A stretch of 63,277 nt of DNA, filler included, from Phoronis australis (taxonomy: Eukaryota > Animalia > Phoronida), in assembly GCA_002633005.1 (NCBI GenBank). It is 7 parts of 7 records of this genome, joined end to end, with 100 filler letters (N's around TTAATTAATTAA, not from the genome) between each part and the next. Parts side by side here need not be neighbours in the genome. Positions count along the whole stretch, not along the records: positions 1 to 12,969 come from NMRA01000994.1; positions 13,070 to 30,800 come from NMRA01000713.1; 5 more parts are not named here. One strand, given 5' to 3'. Position numbers and translations under genes: made by a program. Within the stretch, counting starts at the first letter, position 1. Each line of letters starts with the position of its first letter. Shown here piece by piece: positions 1 through 13,079 of the stretch. The notes beneath the pieces were generated by a model that did not search any database, had not been told where the DNA came from, and saw nothing but the letters and a program-made list of their open reading frames with translations.

Positions 1-430
1 CGCGATGTGGCCAACAGGTGGCGTGCAGACCAGACTTACAATTTTTCTGAACTAGAACAAAATTAACAGCATTACCACATTGCTAACATTTCTCAACACA
101 ACTTCAATACAAGAAGTCATAATGTTTATTAAAATACCTGTTGAACTCTTATCACTTAATCATACGGTGTACAGCAAGTAATCACTAGACAAAACATCGT
201 AATTATAGCTAGTCCAATCATGAATTTTGAACTCTGCTTCCACTCAGCCATCAGGACAGGAAGTTCCCCTTGCGCCCCCTTCAGGTCAAGAATCAGTAGG
301 TACCGTAGCTATTAAATCAGTAATAAGCACTAATGAAAACCTCCACCGAAACACAATTTAATAAATAAGCTCTGTCATGAATTGCGTAAGACGCAAGATG
401 GAATCCAGCCACCAAACAACAGAATAATAC

Positions 431-3400
431 CTCTTTTGAACACTGGCAGACAAACTTATCACCAGTTCACAGTTAGATTCAGATATTTCTTCCTCGTCAC
501 TCTCAATTTCCGGCACTAATGGCTCCGTTTCTTCAGACGCATTATCGTCGATGATATCTTCACCCAGATTGTCCTCTGTAAGAACACTTCATCTATTATA
601 AAATTTTCCAGTTTCATACAGGGAAAAATAAATTGTTTTGCTCAAGATTGGAGCTTGTATCAAAACTGTAGAAATAATAATTTTGAATTGGCAGCTATTT
701 TTATCGACATTGTTCACACGAAATGCAGCACCCAATACTTGAGATAAGCGATGCATGTCAAAATTACCCGTGCCCCAATCTTCAGAACCAAGAAAATGTA
801 ATTTTGGCATGCATTTTGGTGTCCCAAATTCAAGAGATTCTCAAACTGGAGAATTTTTACCACTGACACAGCGACTTTTTGTTTATATCTTTGCCACAAT
901 CTAGATTATAACTACATTATATTATTTCAAAAATCTTAGTGATTTCATTGTCATAGTAAGCAATTGAGTAAAAGTTTAGGCTGAGCTTTTTTCTGGTAAT
1001 ATGTTATTTTTTCAATTTGGGTGACTTCCTTGTTTTCCTTATTTTCATGCTACTACTCATTGTTATCTTTTACTTATATATAAATCTCTATATAAAGATT
1101 CATTTTCTGCACTAATAATTCATACTGCATATTCTTATACTTCTTGCAATAAAAAACAAAAACAAAAAGCAACATCAATGGAAAGCAATGTGATAAACAT
1201 CAATCTTGAAACACCCGTGGTGTTTAAATCGTTAAATCTGCTTCTTGTCAAATTTTGGTTTAGACCACGTACCACAGTCAACAGTAAAACAGGCTTCAAA
1301 TAAATTCCAATCAGATTAGAAGCAATTCATAATTAATTGAGAAAAGTTGGCTTGACATAGTAGAGGGCCGCGCCTAGCTTATAGCAAAACTGTCAGGTTT
1401 GACAAAGCCCACAAAACTGTTCATGAGCAGAAACCAGTTTTATATCAGAACGTGGCTTAAAGCAATGAATTTTTTACAAAAGGCATGCTCATTGAAATGT
1501 ATTTTCTGAGGAGAATGTTTACCTCTTTTGAATGCATTTTTGGTATGATTTGACATCATTTGTTAGTTTCTATGAATGAAATGTGAACCTTTTCAGTCAA
1601 TTTTATTATTAAAAACAAAATTAATAAAACAAGAGCGATGTAAAGAATTGAAATGCACCAACAGCTGCACGGGAAACAGTGTGCTTCAAGGGGGGTTTAT
1701 TAGTACCATAAAAGCACAACAGGAGGCAAAGCATAAGTCAAATTCAAGTGAAACAAAGAAAGTGAAGCAGAAACTCATTTGCCAAGATTTCCTGAACATC
1801 CATCAAGTACCGTAACTTGACAGATATGGAGTCACATGACTGTAAAGAACACCTAAATTCATTGCCACTAGGGGATGCCACAGTGGCTAGACTCATTCCA
1901 AAATGAATTTCAGGGACCTTTTTTACAAATTTAATGTGATTAGTAAAAATCATAATTATCAAACATTCATGAACCAGTGTCCAAACTCTCAACTTGGCAA
2001 AAGATTAGCCAAAAATACCGTCTATCTCAGGAGCAAGGAACTTCAGAGCAGGCTCCGTGATTATTTCAAGTGCCCTCTTTCTAATGAAGTTATCTGCCTT
2101 CCTTATTGCCTCTGGTAGGTCTGGGTGCTCTTTGCAGCATGCCTGCAAGGCAATCATGAAGAAACTTACAATCATTAGATAAACGAAAGTTTGACCTTAG
2201 GAGGACATGGGACAAGAACTAACCCAGACCACTTATCATGCTAAAACTGGTCTCAACTTCTTCCAAATTTATATCGGTTTCGAAAAATTGGCAGTTTGTT
2301 ATTAGTTGAGGCTACGCCCAGAGCAAAAAAACATTACACCATGACAAGCAAACTGGAAGGATTAAATAAAAAGAAAATCATTTTTTCAACCTCAGGCAAT
2401 AAATCTAATCTAATTTGACTAAGGAACAATTTGAGACCAATTTCATGTTAATATAAGTGATTTAAATCGAAAGTTAGTTTTTGGGATGGACGGGGGTTTA
2501 CAGCTGCATTGAAGGATGGGAAACTGTTCAAGTGAGAAGAAACTGCTCAGCTCAATAATTGATACATACTCTGTATGTAATGGCTTAGCAACAGAGGGCA
2601 CTATTGTGCCACTAAATTGATACATACTCTGTGTATGTAATGGTTTAGCAATAGAGGGCATTGCGTGCAGCCAAATTGATACATACTCTCTGTATGCAAT
2701 GGTTTAGCAATACAGAGCATTGCCGTGCAGCAAAATTGATACACTGTAAATGACAAGACACAGGGAAGATTCGTCACTTTGTAGTTGCTGGACCCGAGTT
2801 TCATGAATAAGACGATTAACATTCAAATTAAAACAAATTTTTGATATCTTATACACCGAAAATGTATAATCTTTGATCCGAATACACAAAATCCCCAAAG
2901 CCATGTGTCCTTGGATTTTTTTTCAATAGTCGCACAAAATTTAATTGTTTCCCCAGAAAAGCCTGAAACATTGGCAATCAAATGCAGACAATCTCAATGT
3001 GTTTGTGGGAAAAAAACCTTTGTAGAAACGAGTAATACCTTGTGTAGTTTCTTATTCCAAACAATTCAAAACCAATTAAATGGCAACAACAAGCCAAGGA
3101 CTCAATAACTCAGATGTAAAATCATCAGACAGTGTTGAGGCAGCTTCAGACCAAAATCAACAGAATCTTGTGAATTTTGCCGTTAACAAAATAACGTACC
3201 GCCAGCTCTGTGTATCTGTTGCCAGGATATGGCAGTACCTTGTGCTTGTCAAATGACCTGGTAAACCTGAAACGTAACAGTAAGAACTCCTGACATTTCA
3301 TCAGACAACTTTAGTCTGTCTATTCCATCATATAGAAGCATATATTTTCTGAATCCAAGATGATTGAAAAACCTTGATTCAAACTTAAATCAAAATGTTG

Positions 3401-6400
3401 CACATTTGATTACAATTATGTGTCCGCCACTGTTTGTAAAAATGGACATTTTTGATTGAAAATGAATTTCTCAAAAGAACTGTTGGTGACACCCCTTGGA
3501 ATTATAACTTCTTACCGTCAGTATTCGAGGAATTGCGGTTCAAATTTCTGATTTACCCTCAAGCACTGGAGATATCGGAGTCAAAATTTCTTTTTAAAAA
3601 TTCCAAGTCTACTTTTTGACAGCCTATCTCAGTATTGTGTGAAGGAAAACAAAAAATCTGAGATATAATTCCCTTGACAATAGAGCATACAATAATTGGG
3701 CAAACTTCGATGCGAATGGACACAATGAACTTGAAAGAAAATTCAATGCCTAAAACTGCCCAAAACATTGAAAATCAAAAAGTCAATAAAAATTTTCCAT
3801 GTACCTATTACTATAAACTGAAATCAATTGAAGTCGTCCCAAACAACTTGCATATTTGAGCCATAAAATATTCAATAAAGAAAAGTTACGAGTTGCAATG
3901 AAAAATAAAAATATACTTTGATTTTCATACAATTTGCGGGTTATTTTTGATAAAAAATCTCATGAAGGTTGGACAACTACATTAGTGCGAGCATACAACA
4001 TAGTCTTTATAATAACTAATAACATCCCATTAATAGATAAAATTTAGTTGTTTCTCTCTCTTCTACAAAAACATGGAAAGCCTCATCCCAAAACTTAAAC
4101 TACCAATTTTGGACAAAAATATTTTGCTTTTCAAGGGCTGCAAAAATTGTCGTGAACACTGAAATTTTTCAAAATATTGTCTGTTGTAAAGAGCTTGAAT
4201 ATGGCACAGCATCATTTTATGAAAAAAATGAGAAAATAAAATTTTACGTGTTTACCATACTGTGTCCTAAACTGACAAAATATTACCATAAACAAAACTG
4301 CTCACCCCCTGCCTTTCATCTCTAACATGGGAAAACCGATGAAATAGAGGCTCAATTTGGCACCAACAGATTTCTTGTTATACACATGTCGCACCTAGAG
4401 ATGTTAAAGACAACAGAAAATGTATTCCCACTAATTACACATGTGATGAACAACCCTTTAAACAAGACTACGTCCTCACAAGTTCTATCCACACTCTGTC
4501 AGACTCCGCGTATATTTTGAGTTAGCTGAACAGCTCATGACAGAAACGACCTTCCAATGAATAGCTCGTGGTTTGGATTTTCAAGGACAAAATCCTTGTT
4601 ACTTGACCAATCTTGAGTGGTCAAAAACCCAAATAGTTTAAGTGATAAATATGCTCCTCTATTAAGATTTTATGGTTGACATCGGCTTTCATGTCCCTCA
4701 AAAATTGAAAACTACAGCGTTGATGTTTTCAAGCCTTGATCTGATAACAAATTCATTACGGTTACTGTCATCACCAACCTTGTGAATAGAATAACTCCCT
4801 TGATGAGTAGCCCCATCTAGTGAGAATGGAATGTGGATAGAACCTGCGAGACTGACCAAAAGACATTGGAGAAATTCAAAAGATTTCTCCAAATCAAATA
4901 GAAAAAATGTTAAGTGGCTGAAAATATTCACACAACTTCTAGTTACTGAGATAATTTCATTTCCTTTTATAATTACTCGGCTACACTTTTTTAAGCAATT
5001 GTGAAATAAGACCAAATTTCTGTCTTAAAGTTCTTAAAATCACCATTTACCTCATTTTGACAAGCGCTTACATCATTAAACTTTCCTTCGTAGCACTGCA
5101 TATCACAACACAGACTATGAATTCAATAACCCCAAAACAAAAAAATATTAAGAAAGTCGACTCCATTTGAAAGTTTCTTATTTCCAGACATGACTGTGAT
5201 GTATGAATGTACCCGGCGTCAGTGTACCACGTCCATCAACACGCAAGTTTCATGTATAAACTTGTGCCATATCCGACCTTTTACGATGTCTCGTGGCAGA
5301 GTAGAGCCACATCATAGTCAAACACTATACTGTCACAATTAAAGTGAGTAGAGCCCCATCACTGTCACAATTATTATAAACGCAATGCCTTAACATTCCT
5401 TCTTCTACCATAAACCAGGGGAGATAATGAGCAGCAATACCTGATGACTTTCCACACTAAACACCCTAGGATTACTAGTGCTGTGAGTGGTTGTCCCAAT
5501 TTTACGTAATAGTCTTCGACCAATAAATGCTCGTAACTCGAGATCAGAAAATTAACATATCGTCACATAGTGTTTGCGGGTGTCCTAATTTAACAGCTCA
5601 TAGACAGGCTGTTGTTTTTTTTTTGAATGTTTTTGATCCTTGCCGATTTTAAGCATTTAAAGTCACTTTAATATGGAATGATCGCCTGCAAAACATTGAA
5701 AGCATTGAGAGTTCAGTCAAATCAGTTTCGTTACACAACTGAAATGAAACAAGGGCACCTTTGGTGCTAATTCATGTCCAAAACTAGAATATATGTCTTG
5801 ATCATACTTGCTTTAATATGAATCAATCAGTAACCTCCTTGAGTGAAGTTTTAGTTTTAGCATGTTCAGGGCTTGGAATGGCCAATGACAAAAAGAGGAA
5901 GATTTTCCAGGTGACATATGGTTCCACAAATGGGCTTGTGTGATGGAAATATGTTATTGTTGTAAAATTTAGCTAATTCAGAAATAAAAGGGTTTTTTGT
6001 ATGAATAAAGTTAGAATGATAAAAACAAGACAAAAAGAGGGAAGTGGAAGTCAAATAAGACAGAATCGAAACCAAAAAAGAGGAATCCTCACAAAAGAGG
6101 AAAACTCCAAGCCCTAAATGTTGCATGACTGACATTTAGCCATCAAGAGGGAAAGGCAATGTTTTGAAAAGTATGACTATCAACAGAAATCCCAATTTAA
6201 CTTGCCTGGACTTGAACTATTCCTCTGGCACTAGTTAATCACAGTGCAGCCTATTTTCAGTAGGAAGACAGACATTGTGTTTGGGAGCCAGAACAGGGAA
6301 CCAGACATTGTGTTTGGGCGTCAGAAGAGGGGGCCACACACTGTGTTTGGGAACCAGAAGAGGGAGCCAGACATTGTGTTTGCTCAAAGAAAGTGAATAC

Positions 6401-9400
6401 AGAATCAAAATGTGGAACTCTCGCTATTGGGCAGCATTTGTCACTACATCACTCTTGTTTCATGCAAGTCCAGTCTTAACCAAGATGGTTGTAACACCAA
6501 CCAATCATTATTTACACACACTTCAACCTGACTGGTGAGTGCAGTACTTCAGTTTGAATATGAGCAATGAATGTTACGCCAACTACAACATTTTTGCTCT
6601 ACTGAAAAATGCAGCATCGCACTTGCAAGAGTGTGCCCCTGACTGTCTAAGCTACGACTGGGTTGAAGGCTTTTGATAAAATGAAGTCAATGTCTTTTAG
6701 ACAATCACGATTTGTGTTTGTAGTGCAGGCAAAACCAGGCCGATTTTCGTCTTTTAAAGAGCAGCACGTAAGAATCAAGAGAACTAACCACAGCAGGCCA
6801 GAATGGCCAAGACTTATACTTGACCCAAACCAGGTCATCTCTCTGGAATGGCACTTCTGAAATATACAGCAACAATGATTAGTTACAAAATCAGAGAGAA
6901 ACATGAAAAAATGCTGCACTGAAAAGCATTATTTTGTACTTTGCAATTAGTTCTCACCAGAAAAGAGCAAAATAATGAAAGGTTTTGAATTCCAAAACTC
7001 TCTCGGGTTGTCCCATAAAATAAGTGTTGGAAAAGAGGAAGGCAAAACTACTAGTCACTTTTCATGTTGCTCTCAATACAACCACCCATATAATCTAATT
7101 TCAAGTGCCTCCCCTACAGACTTCATAGGACCATCCTTGGATATCACCATGATTACGAGAGGCAAATACTAAGATGATATTGACAGACTTTTGCCAGCTT
7201 TTCTGGAAACCATGACTGAATAGCACAGACATGTAGAATGAAGTCACATGCTATTATTGTTCTCTAAAAGATTAACTTTTAGATTTATGACATTTGTCAC
7301 TGTTGTATTTCAACGCCCATAGTTTTTTATGAAAATAATAAGTTGTAGGGCCAGCAACTTTTTTTTAGTTACTTTATTTGAAACAGCACCATTGGCCTTT
7401 TCAAATGAGCGCTAATTTCAAGTTCATAATTAAATCACACTCCATTTCACTAGACAGCGATTATATAAGTTAATGGAATTGTGAAATAAATTCAACTGAC
7501 ATGAAGAATCTGAGGTAAGAATTTTCTTCTATAATTTGGATATTTTTGTGCGACTTACGTCAGACCTAATCTCTGCACTTGGATTTGCATATTGTTTAAA
7601 GTATAACGTCATTGTGAAAACACCAAAAAATCAATGTAAAATAGAATTTTTTGAAATTAAAATTGTTGTTATTTGAAATAAAAAATGGTAGTCAATGTCT
7701 TTAAACAATGGCCGCTTTAAGGTTTTCTGGCAAACTGAGTGGAACCTCCAATAAGTAACTATTCACTGAATACATTAAGGGAGACTGCACTACTGAGCAC
7801 GTGTATTTAAAAGTAAAATTTTAGAAAATAAGGGTGAAAGTTTTTAGTCGAATATGGGCGTTGATCAGTGGCAGTTTGATTGACAGGTTCATTTTGCATG
7901 AAACACTACATGGACAACACAGCACAATCTTATCAATCTGAAATACAATTACAGCTGTGACAGTCGAGTTTGGTAAAGAACATTTCTTGCGGTGCAAGTA
8001 ATTGTAAACATAGCTGGCAAGCGAAGCACTCACTAGTTGACGGCTGAGTTGGCGTACTGAACACTGAACTCATCTCTGGTAGATCCTCTTCAAATGAACT
8101 CTCATCATCTAACGGGGCAAGGTCGGTGCTGAAAGGGATGATGATAACAATAACAATAGCAATAGTAATAATAACAATAACAGTAAAGGATAACAAAACA
8201 ATGATAAAATAATAAATGTGGTAACAGTGATATATATTCTATTGAATAATTTCTTAAAAGCGCGACTTTATTAAAATCAAAGATGGGTTGAGAAAGATTT
8301 TCTTAGGTTTGGATAAAAATTACATTGCATTTGTATCAAGAAAGTTATGAATCGAACATTTTGGATTCAAACGGAAGATGACAAACCATGAACCAGCTAT
8401 GAGTTGTAGCCAGGACACTGTCCAACAGTCCTTTCAACAAGATTCGTTTTGTCTAGCTATCACTAGATGTTTAGTTGTCGGTAGTTGAAAACAGCATAAC
8501 ACAGCTTAAATCCAAATGTGTGCACCTCTTAATTTTTCTAAACATTGCAACAATCAACACCAAGAGAATGCTTGGAGCTACTGCTCCATGTTGTTTGCAA
8601 CTCGTTACAATCTTCAAACCTGTAAACAGACTTTTGTCGTTGTCGAGACTAAAACACCATTGAGTAATTCTCAAAGAAGTCATGTTGGGTACCAACTCAA
8701 CTGCGGTGACTGTGAACAGTTTTACATTGGAATGACGAACAGGATTCTTAGCATCAGAGTCAAAGAACACTGTAAAGACAGACACAGTGCTGTTCTCAAT
8801 CATTCCTTGACAACTGGTCACACTATAGATTGCTCTTGTGTTCAGATCTTAGACAAGGATAATGCCACCCTCAGGCTCCTCATAAAGGAGGCTATGCATA
8901 TACGGTTGAACCATGCTGAGCGTTACCTCAATAGAAACATTGGTTCATTTGAGCTCCAACTGTTTTCATTTCTGGTCTCTCCCCCTCACAATGCATTTTG
9001 AAGTGTACCTGCACACACTCTCTTCTCTACCTATGTCACCTGTTTTGAGTCTGTGAACTGTTTGCTTGAGATTAGAGTGATAAACCGAAACGTTGGATAG
9101 ATATGTCGTTATTTACGCGCTAATTTTAAAGTTCGTGCCTCTGTTGTGGCCTAAATCAAATGTAATCAATCAACACCATATTTCAAAGCTCTATAGAACA
9201 GCTCCAAAGTGCATTATCATGGAAATGAATTTAACTTGGCGTTTCTATTGGTCACAAAACTCACTTGATAGATTACAGAAAATGAAGAAACTGTTCAATG
9301 ATTTTGCACAAATTCAGTCAGTTTCCATAAATCAGGGCTCGGCTTCAAGCATTTTCACAACCCGAAATTTGGAAATGCAAGCAGAGATTTCGACAAACTC

Positions 9401-9873
9401 GCATTTAATGAAAAGTCGCACGTAAGGAACTTTGGAATTACAACTCCGGCATGCTCTGCAAAATCACTTGAAAAAGTTCCTCCTCAAACAACATTTCTTC
9501 AAATTTCTAGTCGAAAAGGAGAATACAGTTGCCACAAAACCGGAAAAACTCAAACATTTTTCGTATTTTAGTCGTCAAAGTTGTGCGACTTAGGATCTGT
9601 GTACGCGAGCTGAGTTTCTGAACTATGTGCTGGTTTTTGACCAGGTCGCAAACGACAACCTGGTAATTTTCATACTGTGAAAGGCTGTAAGCACATATCA
9701 TGCAAACACCATGTATGATTTTACCTTGACTGGGACCTTGTAGAGGATTGCGATGACGCTATCTCCACCTTCCCAGCATCCATTTTCCGTTTCCTCCCGT
9801 GTTTTTTAACAGCACCATCTTTTAATCCAACACAAGATGGAGGTTTGATCGTCTTCTTTTTTCGGTTTGCCAT
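431..9873 (-). CDS. Multi-exon PWWP-domain protein, PWWP3A/MUM1-like; 3' end not resolved and probably runs off the window
   Basis: Phase-consistent GT-AG exons (minus): 9873-9725 (MANRKKKTIKPP..), 8128-8034 (TDLAPLDDESSFEE..), 6856-6789 (KVPFQRDDLVWVKYKSWPFWPAV, PWWP signature), 4843-4779 (bridging exon with in-frame TAG), 3266-3200 (FTRSFDKHKVLPYPGNRYTELA), 2142-2019 (ACCKEHPDLPEAIRKADNFIRKRAL..), 575-431 (acidic EDNLGEDIIDD..). LVWxKxxxxPFWPAV resembles PWWP3A/MUM1 as recalled; subfamily is inference. Confidence 0.75.
1628..2005 (+). mobile_element. Truncated Helentron/HINE-like element fragment
   Basis: Begins AACAAGAGC..TTGAAATGC like the element at 37482 and contains GCCACTAGGGG at about 1864. 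Confidence 0.4.
2555..2745. repeat. Tandem repeat, about 59 bp x 3
   Basis: Repeated aattgatacatactctgtgtatgtaatggtttagcaatagagggca unit. Confidence 0.9.
6268..6381. repeat. Tandem repeat, 33 bp x about 3.5
   Basis: Repeated agacattgtgtttgggagccagaacagggaacc unit. Confidence 0.9.
6789..6856 (-). CDS. PWWP-motif exon
   Basis: tttcag|..VPFQRDDLVWVKYKSWPFWPAV|gttagt; clean splice sites, phase 1 to 0. Confidence 0.85.
8440..9100 (+). mobile_element. Penelope-like retroelement 3' fragment (GIY-YIG endonuclease) in a PWWP gene intron
   Basis: ORF 8516-9001: HVGYQLNCGDCEQFYIGMTNRILSIRVKEH..SAVLNHSLTTGHTID..LLIKEAMHI..LNRNIG is the typical PLE GIY-YIG domain; followed by a degenerate ..CCGAAACG hammerhead-like tail at about 9066-9098. 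Confidence 0.9.
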
Positions 9874-11049
9874 CTGAAACACAGTGAATGAAATTTGTTT
9901 CAATACTGAAAACAATTTTATCAGACATTTCTGCTATAATAACAACAGCACACGTCAGAGAGACAACACTTAAATGACATTAGTTCAAACAGAAATTGCT
10001 TTAATATCGGTCCTATGTCACATTTATCAGCATTTATTAGCACAGTGTGAACTTGTACTAGATTGATTACAAAACACTTTGCGCTTGCGTTGCAGCGCAC
10101 TAGTCAGTATAAGTGACCCCATGACCCTCAACTAATACACGTGGCATTATTGGTTCAATGAAATTACATCAAAATTCTTGGTATCCATTAAAATAGTCAA
10201 CAGGAGTATGCAAAATGCTCTCCGTCACTACTAAATTCACCAGTTGTATTTGGCTCAGTGTAGGTCACGTAACGGGATCTGGAAGATAAAAAAGTGGTTC
10301 TCAATATTTTTTTGAGACACAATTGAATTTGCATCCTCCACTTCATTAAAACTTAACACTTGCTAGATCAGCTGATCATATTTAGTTTTGTGCTTTATGT
10401 GAAGGCTACGAATGGCATTTGTTTGATTTCTGAGTCCGTTCTGATTGAGAGATTGCCAGTTGTTGACCTCGACACACTTTTTTATTCAGTTCTGGCTTTT
10501 CTTGAATCTTCATCGCTTGCAAACGGAAAATTGAAATTACGCACAGCCAGGTAAATTCAGGTAACCTTCTGACAATTTGGATTTGTGAAAAATCTGGCTG
10601 ATCCAACACCCATTTTTCGTCTGATTTCTGTAATCTGGAGAGTTTGGGCATCCTGAATGCAATTGTCTCTCAGTTCGTAGGAATAGCATGCAAATGGTGA
10701 CTTTGGGGTGAAAACTGATGATTTGGTGTATTTTTGCTTGTTATTAGAAGTAGACGGCTAAACTTCTGGTAGTCGCAAAAGATAGAAAAAAGTGACTTTG
10801 GAATCAGCTTCAACAGACTTTCTGCAAGATTTTTGAAATCTTTGGCCCAGTATACTGTTCATATTTTAAGGTTTTGTACACCCTGTAGAACAGACTGTGG
10901 AAGCTCCCGAGACCTGTTTTTTCAATCCCAATATCAATAAAAGCTCTTGAGTGCCACCCTACCTGTCTGTGCTGTGTGTAAACTTGAAATTTTGCTTAAT
11001 CTCAAAATCGTATATGCCTAAAATTGGAATTAAATATTCATTAAAGCAC

Positions 11050-11580
11050 CCAGGTATAATTCTTTGTTTGATATGACCCCATGATCACCCATTTTCTCAC
11101 TTGCCGAAACTTGAGTCACAGAATCGGACAAATATATGAATGATTAATCAGTTATTGGTTGGTGAATAAGATCGCCAATAGTTGAAAAAAGCTATAAAAG
11201 TTGGTTAACATTGGCATTATTTTATAAATTCAATGTAATTGATTTAGTGCAGTGCAAAGTTTTATCAACGTAAACATGAATATTTGAGTGAACTAGACTA
11301 ATAAGCCAAGTTCTCAGCTACGTCAAGTTTAAGCGTACGCGACCTTTAGATGAAGGAAATCAAGCACTAACATCTCAACCATAATTTATTTGGTTATTCA
11401 GATATCAACCAGTAGCTCTACAACCAGCAGCTTCACAGAATTGGAACCAAGAACCTATAGTAACACTTGATAACTGCGAGATAAGTTTACTAATATTCCT
11501 TTAAGGCGCCTTTCAATGTTTAGTTGAACTGTCAGTGAAGAGATTCCGAACTGAAACGGTTCAAATGTATGACAAAAAGA
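11050..11580 (+). mobile_element. Highly degenerate Penelope-like remnant
   Basis: Interrupted translation NVIDLVQCKVLST*..RLISQVLSYVK..DEG resembles a GIY-YIG C-terminus; decayed hammerhead-like GTGAAGA..GAAAC at about 11535-11557. Confidence 0.3.
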
Positions 11581-11589
11581 TGTGCAGCC

Positions 11590-12562
11590 TGTTGTGTATT
11601 GGCAATGCTACTTGTGGTTTTCCTTAGAATATAGTCACCTGGTATTTATGCCTGCAGGCCACGTGCTCATCCCCTTCTTGCATTAGTTCTCCAAGTGAAT
11701 AGACATATTTTATTTTACTCTCATCTGTGTTGTTTTACTGGTTCTACGGACGCTCACAGTAAATTTATCGACGCGTACATCACCGACAGTACTACAACCG
11801 AGGCAACACTGAGGAAATTACGTCAGTGTTTTGCCACACATGGACTGCCAGTAGTGATTGTGTCTGACAGCGGTTCTGGTTTCGCCAGCGCTGATTTCGC
11901 CACGTTCTGACGGAACAATGGTATTAAACATACGTTTAATGCACCGTACCACCCTGCGAGTAATGGTGCGGCCGAGGCTGCGGCTAAAATCGTCAAGACC
12001 GTAATGGCCCATGTCGTTCTCGGTGGAGTTGCCCGATAAACGGATTTGGAAGCGTCATGTAGACCACATAGTACGACGCACACCGGAAGACAACCCATCT
12101 TCAACCACGTTTGGCCCACCGCCAAGTAACTTACCACCGTTACAAGTCTCCGTACTGCCAACTCGGGTGACGGAACAACCTTCTATGCCTGTGGTCAATC
12201 ATACACATCCCACTGCGGATTCGAACGCTACCAACTACGATTACCCGTAGAAAATCCACCAACGGATTCGTCTGTAGTTGTGACGTGTTCCGGAATGAAA
12301 TCAATCCAACCAGACAGACTGAACATTTAATTACTACTTATTATAACTAGTTTCAGTCATCAGTAGGATCACCTTATGACACACAGCAGTGTGATACATC
12401 GTTTTAGTTATGACTGGACACTGAGTATCGTTTTACAAACATGACTGTTGACAGTGTGTTACGTAAATGTTTGTGTTTAGTTTGAAGTGTTCTTCCATGT
12501 TTTTATTTACGTTAGCTAAGGGTTATAGAGGGATGTTGCCTATTGGCAATGCTAGTTGTGGT
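11590..12562 (+). mobile_element. Internally deleted Gypsy (Mag/SURL-like) LTR retrotransposon: LTR, integrase core, PPT, start of 3' LTR
   Basis: LTR 11590-11747 matches 22617-22785; integrase DAHSKF..FATHGLPVVIVSDSG..F*RNNGIKHTFNAPYHPASNGAAE; C-terminal WKRHVDH; purine-rich tract then TGTTG LTR restart at 12534. Confidence 0.9.
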
Positions 12563-12580
12563 CCCTGCCCCTGGCGTGAC

Positions 12581-12688
12581 CACAGGCGTCCTCAGCTTCT
12601 GATCGTCCCCAATACACTGTACATATAATGCTAGTATTACATGTAGTGTATTGGGGACGATCAGAAGCTGAGCCTGAGGACGCCTGTG
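12581..12688. repeat. Near-perfect palindrome / mini foldback element
   Basis: ctcagcttctgatcgtccccaatacact ... agtgtattggggacgatcagaagctgag, with outer arms cacaggcgtcctcag / ctgaggacgcctgtg. Confidence 0.85.
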
Positions 12689-12969
12689 CCTGTGGAGTGT
12701 GGGTCTGACAAGATAACGCGCAGAGTGCAGTTATTCAGTTATTGCCTAATACATTACAAGACTTCTACTAACCTGCCGTTTTTCACATTCCAAAAAAACA
12801 AACTACAACGCAGCGCCACGAAGGCGGACAAAATACGCAGGTCACAAAACTTTGAAAAGGGATTTCCCAAAAGTCCAAAGTTGTCAGTTACTGGCGAAAA
12901 GGCCACGCTTGGTTTCCCCACTACACCACCGGAAGTATTGGAGTCTGTGCGCGCGCAGGGAGGTCAAGT

Positions 12970-13069
12970 NNNNNNNNNNNNNNNNNNNNNNNNNNNNNNN
13001 NNNNNNNNNNNNNTTAATTAATTAANNNNNNNNNNNNNNNNNNNNNNNNNNNNNNNNNNNNNNNNNNNN
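12970..13069. other. Assembly gap with artificial TTAATTAATTAA linker (same at 30801-30900, 33562-33661, 46863-46962, 50389-50488, 60826-60925)
   Basis: 100-nt N-blocks each centred on the same 12-mer, which gives stops in all six frames. Confidence 0.97.
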
Positions 13070-13079
13070 TTTTATAACA

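Noticed and set aside
5051-5095. Candidate PWWP exon CYEGKFNDVSACQNE
   Set aside because: Similar sequence recurs at about 36955-37035, so it is a dispersed repeat, and its phase does not bridge the flanking exons.
12970-13069. Recurrent TTAATTAATTAA palindrome inside N-runs as a biological motif
   Set aside because: Identical and centred in six 100-nt gaps; an assembly linker.
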